Part shown: positions 58,900 through 64,000 of the stretch, one piece after another
Position numbering within the stretch: the first letter of the stretch is position 1
Layout: each line of letters begins with the position of its first letter
IMG/VR virus record: IMGVR_UViG_3300021505_000001
Span: 64,001-128,000 of that record
Length of the DNA stretch: 64,000 bases
Origin: a virus
Strand: one strand, 5' to 3'
Notes under the pieces: model-generated
What the model saw: only the letters and a program-made list of their open reading frames with translations
Database searches by the model: none
What the model was told of the DNA's origin: nothing
Translations under genes and position numbers: made by a program

Positions 58900-61524
58900 T
58901 TATACACTCTTCATAAGTTTTGAGAAAAGTGGATTTATTGAATCTTTATGATTATTTTTTTCGCCCTTTACCCGTGCTTTACCCCCTGTTGGAATAAAAT
59001 CAAAACCATTCTCATGTTTACGTGAACGAGATTCATGGAATTTTTGCCCAAGTTTAAGTAACTTATCAGCTACTTTTTCCAATTCATCCATATCAGAAAC
59101 ATCTTCAAATTCTGCTTTAATTGTTTCAATATCAAGACCCACAGAATCAGCAAGTTCCCTTATTTTAGATTCCTTCACTCTTTCAAGTTCCATTGCCTGA
59201 ACTTCCATAAAGGTTTCTTGATAATCTTTCATAAGTTTTTCTGTAGCTTTTATAAGTTCTTCCTCAGAATTAATAGTGATCCCCTCAAAATTGTTTTCCA
59301 TCATTGTTTTTAATTGTTCAAACAACATATCCTCATTTCCTCCTGTTTTTTCGGAAAATTTTTGGTTTTTATTTTCTTCTGGATTTAAAGGTTCCTCTGG
59401 TTTTTTATTTTCTCCTTTTTCTTCCTCTTCTTCCTTTGGCATATCAGATAAGGAAACCATTACAATAGCAAAAACATCTTTAATTTTCTCATCAATAACC
59501 TCACGTGTAAGTACTTCCTGTGTTGGAAGTTCTCTTCCAAGATAAGCAGATAAAAGAGCTTGAGTCATAGACAAAATGGTAAGAAAATCATCATTTTTTG
59601 CAAACTCAACTAATTTATCAATAAAATTAGTTTGAAATGACGCTACATCCTCTATATTGAAAGCTTCACCAAATGTTGACGGAGTACCATCTTCATTAAA
59701 TGCAACCTTATCAACAAGAACAGCTAAATTAACTTCAGGAAGATTATCAGTATCCGCTTTAACATTATTAGTAGATTGTTCTTTTACTTCTCCATTTGCA
59801 CTATGAATAAGAGTATTTATGATTGCATTAACAATATTTTTGTAAGCTATATTTTTATCAACAACAATTTTACTTTCAGAAGATTCATCTTCAATTTCAA
59901 TGAATCCCTTTGTAACTGCACTTTCAATAACTGGTGTAGCAAAGTCATCCATATCATCGATTTCAAATCTATCTAAGATATTTACACGTTCAGCTACATT
60001 TCTAAGAGACTTTGGAATTTCACCAAGTCCTTCTTTTTCAATTTCCTGATACTTTGAAAGAAGGAATTTCATAAGAGCTTTCTTCTCTTTCTTTGTAAGT
60101 GCCATTCCAGCTCTTCCTTGCATAAAAACCAAAGCTGTTTTGAGACCATTCTTATTAAGAACAGCATCAATGTCATATCCTTCCTCTTTAGACTTAAATA
60201 ATTGATAAACAGGATATTTAAGATTGTCCTCATCAGTGGGGTCTCCATCTACAAGCCCAAACAATTGTTTGGCAAGTTTTTCATCTCCAACTAAAGACAC
60301 AATTTGTTTAAGTTTATCTTTATTAACATTACCCCATTCAGTATCAGATACCCTTTCTGATATTGGTACTACTCTTATTTTTGGGGGATTATCTGAAGAA
60401 AAAGATTTACCAGCAAAGTAAACTACTTTTCCCTTAGAAGCTTTTTCAAGGAACTTTGTATAAGATTCCTTTACTTCTTCCAATTTTTCTTTAGTTTCAT
60501 TATACTGAGCTGTTAATTCTTCAAACTCTTTTTTCTTTTTTTCAAGAGTTTCTTCTAATTCACTTTGTTTTTCCTTAAGGGAATTTTCGAGTTTGCTGAG
60601 ACCAGTAACAATTGATTCTTTCTTTTGAAGTTTTTGATTCAGATCTTCAAGACTTGCTGTAATTGAATCCAATTCTTCCTTAGAAGATTGAATATCATGC
60701 TCAATTTTTTCTTTCTCAAAAGCAAGCTGTTTGACCTGAAGCTCAACTTCTTTTGGCTCCAGTTTGTAACTCATATTAGTTTTCCTCCTGTTTTCGAATA
60801 ATCGTTGTTTATTTTCAGATGAATGAAATAAGTCCATTATTTCTTCGGTATTCATACCTGTTTCTTTTGATACATCTAAAGCAAAACTTTCTAAAACTCT
60901 ACTAAATTGATTATCACTTGTATTGTTTTCCATATCATAAAGCGGATGATATGTTTCATCTAAATCAATAAAATCTGGTTTGATACCATTTGTAGTTTTT
61001 TCAACTATTTTTCCATGGTTAACATGAGTAGTAACAAAAGATGGATAGACTACAAAATCAATACCCTCAAGTTTTAAATCATAACGTCTGTTTATATTTA
61101 ATATTTTTCCACTTTGAGTTTTATAGGTATCAGGTGTACTCTTTGCATCTCCTCTTATTGATACTCCAACAAAATAACCATTATCTATTAACCATGATAT
61201 TAATCTTCCATATATCGTAGGTAAAAGTGTAAAATCAGCTTTTACAACTTTTTCTCTGTCATCGTAGTAAATATCATCTACTACCCCAGCTAATAAACCT
61301 ATCCACTCTTCATCTTCATTTTTTGGATGTTTCGCAAATGAATACTTATATGTTGGGTCTAACTCTACAAGTCTTTTGTAGAAGTCAATCCCTTTTAATA
61401 CCTCATCTTTTGGAAAAATATTTGTATTGCGCCCAGGCCTGTCAGTATATACAACAGGGACACCTTCTATTTTTTTAGGCTTAAACGAATCTACAAATAT
61501 ATTATTTTCCAATTTTGTATCCAT
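58900..61524 (-). CDS. Prohead protease fused to scaffold/core protein
   Basis: N.N.FP, HP, PTIYG, GVSIRG, DFVVYPS, then long acidic coiled coils. Confidence 0.8.
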   Translation of the reverse strand: MDTKLENNIFVDSFKPKKIEGVPVVYTDRPGRNTNIFPKDEVLKGIDFYKRLVELDPTYKYSFAKHPKNEDEEWIGLLAGVVDDIYYDDREKVVKADFTLLPTIYGRLISWLIDNGYFVGVSIRGDAKSTPDTYKTQSGKILNINRRYDLKLEGIDFVVYPSFVTTHVNHGKIVEKTTNGIKPDFIDLDETYHPLYDMENNTSDNQFSRVLESFALDVSKETGMNTEEIMDLFHSSENKQRLFENRRKTNMSYKLEPKEVELQVKQLAFEKEKIEHDIQSSKEELDSITASLEDLNQKLQKKESIVTGLSKLENSLKEKQSELEETLEKKKKEFEELTAQYNETKEKLEEVKESYTKFLEKASKGKVVYFAGKSFSSDNPPKIRVVPISERVSDTEWGNVNKDKLKQIVSLVGDEKLAKQLFGLVDGDPTDEDNLKYPVYQLFKSKEEGYDIDAVLNKNGLKTALVFMQGRAGMALTKKEKKALMKFLLSKYQEIEKEGLGEIPKSLRNVAERVNILDRFEIDDMDDFATPVIESAVTKGFIEIEDESSESKIVVDKNIAYKNIVNAIINTLIHSANGEVKEQSTNNVKADTDNLPEVNLAVLVDKVAFNEDGTPSTFGEAFNIEDVASFQTNFIDKLVEFAKNDDFLTILSMTQALLSAYLGRELPTQEVLTREVIDEKIKDVFAIVMVSLSDMPKEEEEEKGENKKPEEPLNPEENKNQKFSEKTGGNEDMLFEQLKTMMENNFEGITINSEEELIKATEKLMKDYQETFMEVQAMELERVKESKIRELADSVGLDIETIKAEFEDVSDMDELEKVADKLLKLGQKFHESRSRKHENGFDFIPTGGKARVKGEKNNHKDSINPLFSKLMKSV

Positions 61525-61566
61525 TTTTTTAATTAATTTTTTAGTTTATTTTAGTTACCGTTTCTT

Positions 61567-61575
61567 AATGTTTTA
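61567..61575 (-). promoter_or_regulatory. Late promoter motif TAAAACATT
   Basis: 43 bp upstream of the protease start. Confidence 0.65.
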
Positions 61576-61711
61576 TATTGCGAAATTTTTAACTGATTTA
61601 AGTAATTGAATTAACTAAAAAAGAAGTATAAGGTAGGTAAATTGTAGATTAGGATATTTTAAGATGGGTTTTTATGGTAGGATTTTTATAAAGAAAACAA
61701 TAACTTAAACT

Positions 61712-61743
61712 AAAAAAAGCCCCTGTTAAATAAGGGGCTTTTT
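61712..61743 (-). terminator. Intrinsic terminator
   Basis: AGCCCCT/AGGGGCT stem flanked by A and T runs. Confidence 0.8.
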
Positions 61744-61851
61744 GAAGATACTAACAGTACCTTTTTATTTATTTTCAGTGTCTTGGACGTCTTGATGAAG
61801 ATTTCCTTACTTGAGATTTTTTCATGCATTTTCCCCCAATAATAAATATTT

Positions 61852-62358
61852 TTATTTATTAATAGTAATAGTGTAACTAATGTTAAATGAAACATTTCCT
61901 GGAACAATTCTTACACCTTTACCACTACTTGGAGCTGTTGTAGCAAATACAGAATTAGATAATGAATCAGAAGTTGTTATAATAACTTCTTTTTCAGCAC
62001 CGGAATCATTCGCAACATAAATTAATTCTATCTTTGATAAATAAGCATCAGCAGCAAGATTAACTGTTGATACTGTATTTGCATTAATAGTATAACTTGT
62101 TTGAGTTTCAAACCAGTCCAATTTAGATACAACTGTTTCCGATACAATATTATTATCAATATCATAAACTTTAGCTTTTATGCCTGTAATAACTCCACCT
62201 TGATCAGCACCTGTTACAGTTCCATTCATCATATCAAAGAATAAAAGGGCATAAAATTCTTGAGTAACATCTGCATTTTTAAAAGTATTAACTTCAATGT
62301 CAAACTCACCTTGAGTTACACGAATAAATGAAGAAATATCCAAATTTTTAAGTTGCAT
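61852..62358 (-). CDS. Putative virion structural protein
   Basis: Own late motif, AGGAGG RBS. Confidence 0.55.
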   Translation of the reverse strand: MQLKNLDISSFIRVTQGEFDIEVNTFKNADVTQEFYALLFFDMMNGTVTGADQGGVITGIKAKVYDIDNNIVSETVVSKLDWFETQTSYTINANTVSTVNLAADAYLSKIELIYVANDSGAEKEVIITTSDSLSNSVFATTAPSSGKGVRIVPGNVSFNISYTITINK

Positions 62359-62390
62359 TTAAGTTTCCTCCTTAAATCTTGTTTTCCATT

Positions 62391-62399
62391 AATGTTTTA
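62391..62399 (-). promoter_or_regulatory. Late promoter motif TAAAACATT
   Basis: 33 bp upstream of the 62358 start. Confidence 0.65.
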
Positions 62400-62795
62400 A
62401 ACAAAAAGTAATTTCAATTTAAAGTTTCTAAAAATGTTTTCTCCTGTAAGCTTATAATATTCCAAAAAATCATCACAATATATTTTTATTTTAAATGGTA
62501 TAATTTGGGTGGTTCCTATAGCACTAATTGTTTCATTTTTTTCGATAAATTTAAACCAAGAATCCCCATTCCATGATAAGCGAACTCGAATTGTAGTCAT
62601 CTGTCCTGAAACTTCTATTTTACACCACTCAATTTCTATATCATTTACAATAATATAAAGATCCTGTATATAAGTGATTGTTTTTTGGGAATCTTTTAAC
62701 CTAAAAGTTTTCGCTATTGGATTTATAAAATCCCCTGTAGATACTAAATCATAATCAGGTTCATTGTTCATTCCTATATAGACACCAGAAAGCAT
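62397..62795 (-). CDS. Putative structural protein
   Basis: Beta-rich, in structural cluster. Confidence 0.5.
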   Translation of the reverse strand: MLSGVYIGMNNEPDYDLVSTGDFINPIAKTFRLKDSQKTITYIQDLYIIVNDIEIEWCKIEVSGQMTTIRVRLSWNGDSWFKFIEKNETISAIGTTQIIPFKIKIYCDDFLEYYKLTGENIFRNFKLKLLFV

Positions 62796-62831
62796 TTGTT
62801 TCCTCTTTATTAAAGGTTGTTTGTTAAACTT

Positions 62832-63224
62832 CTAACTATCATAAACATTTATAGCCACAGAAGCATGATGTTTTTTTATTATGTATATGTTATTCAAAAC
62901 ATTCCATTTATATTTAAACATTAAATGCTGTGTATTATTTGTAGCATCTATATTCGTATAAATTATCTGTTTCCCCCAATGAGTTGGATTTCCAATTAAA
63001 TCAGTTGGAGATATATATAAAGAAACCCCTGTTACAGTTTCATTTTCAACAAGTAGTGTTAATGAAGGGTATAAATCTTCGGTAACAACTAAATATAAAG
63101 TTCCTTCCAAAGATGTAGTTCCATCCCCAACAGTTCCATCTACAGTTACCGAATCATGCACAAAATTATTCCAATCCACTTTATTATAAGGTTCAAAATT
63201 ATTTGTAGCTATAAATACAGCCAT
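62832..63224 (-). CDS. Putative structural protein
   Basis: Beta-rich, GAGG RBS. Confidence 0.5.
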   Translation of the reverse strand: MAVFIATNNFEPYNKVDWNNFVHDSVTVDGTVGDGTTSLEGTLYLVVTEDLYPSLTLLVENETVTGVSLYISPTDLIGNPTHWGKQIIYTNIDATNNTQHLMFKYKWNVLNNIYIIKKHHASVAINVYDS

Positions 63225-63240
63225 TAAAATTCACCTCTAT

Positions 63241-63957
63241 TTAAAAAGATTCTACATAGCTCAATGAATAATTACCTCTTCTCTTAAGTCCATCATATTC
63301 TATAGAAAAAGAAGCTATGTTTGGATCAAGTGTCATTTGAGTAAACCAAGAAGTAACTGTATCAACACTTTCAGTCTCATAAGTATAACTCTCACTAACA
63401 TGACGTAGTTTACCAGGCATAATTTGACTTATTTTAATTGCATCATTCCAATTAGTTGTTGGTATTTTTATTGTTTTATAAACCTTGGAAGTTGAAATTA
63501 ATAAAGAATTATTTTCTTCGTTTTCTTCATTAGGGGAATCTCCACTTTCAATTTTTACTTTATCTCCATCTATATAAACTTTAGCTTCTATAGGAGAACC
63601 ATCTCTTACAACTATTCTACGCTTTATAGGTTGAACACTTTTAATTGTATTTCCAATTGGGGTAGATTCTGTTTCTATATTGAAACTTTCCATACTTCCA
63701 TCAGAATTTATCTTATTAGAATAATGAGTAATATTTGTTACAAGTCCTGAGTGAGCATATAAAGTATATGTTGTGGATTCCAATTCTCCACCAAATACAC
63801 ATTTCATACTAGTAGTTACTTCCTGTAATTTTTTCCAATCTTCTTTATAATATTGTAGTTCAACATATTTATCATAATACTTTTTAGCTTCATTAACTGG
63901 TAAACAAACATATTCTATATCATTAAAAGATACATTATGTTGAACTGCACGCATCAA
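63241..63957 (-). CDS. Putative structural protein; true start may lie beyond the window edge
   Basis: ORF reaches near the window end. Confidence 0.45.
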   Translation of the reverse strand: MMRAVQHNVSFNDIEYVCLPVNEAKKYYDKYVELQYYKEDWKKLQEVTTSMKCVFGGELESTTYTLYAHSGLVTNITHYSNKINSDGSMESFNIETESTPIGNTIKSVQPIKRRIVVRDGSPIEAKVYIDGDKVKIESGDSPNEENEENNSLLISTSKVYKTIKIPTTNWNDAIKISQIMPGKLRHVSESYTYETESVDTVTSWFTQMTLDPNIASFSIEYDGLKRRGNYSLSYVESF

Positions 63958-64000
63958 TGTATCTATAGCAGCATCAAGAAGAGGAGCTATATAACGAATC

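Noticed and set aside
61630-61638. 9-mer AAGGTAGGT complementary to the candidate sRNA tract
   Set aside because: Short, and the locally transcribed minus strand would carry the same sense as the sRNA. Likely chance.

Overview
AT-rich segment of a large tailed dsDNA phage (Caudoviricetes), probably infecting an anaerobe because it carries a class III RNR. No integrase, terminase or tail sheath is recognisable here. 0-18.7 kb (+ strand) holds nucleotide-metabolism and accessory genes: nrdG/nrdD, thyA, three ankyrin-repeat genes, a dUTPase with an in-frame amber codon, NADAR, phosphoesterases, a 3'-truncated tRNA-Leu and tmk. 18.8-22.7 kb holds a candidate lysis cassette and an NAD-dependent ligase. 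22.7-64 kb holds a scrambled morphogenesis region on both strands: candidate tail tube and chaperone, T4-like portal, a ~1800-aa Kelch protein, tape measure, ClpP, T4-like capsid, protease-scaffold fusion and two Hef-like endonucleases. Main signals not in the ORF track: (1) a cassette array of mosaic 30-aa ankyrin genes, each preceded by a remnant of the thyA 3' end, with the same remnant replacing the tRNA 3' end; (2) a -1 slippery site fusing the tail chaperone to a 424-aa ORF; (3) a late-promoter motif TAAAACATT, with one orphan copy before a candidate sRNA; (4) a shared N-terminal LxP..K..F.RTYY motif in three proteins next to the portal; (5) promoter-in-terminator control of both endonucleases; (6) a 5'-UTR pseudoknot. 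All family calls come from motif recognition by eye; no database search was run.
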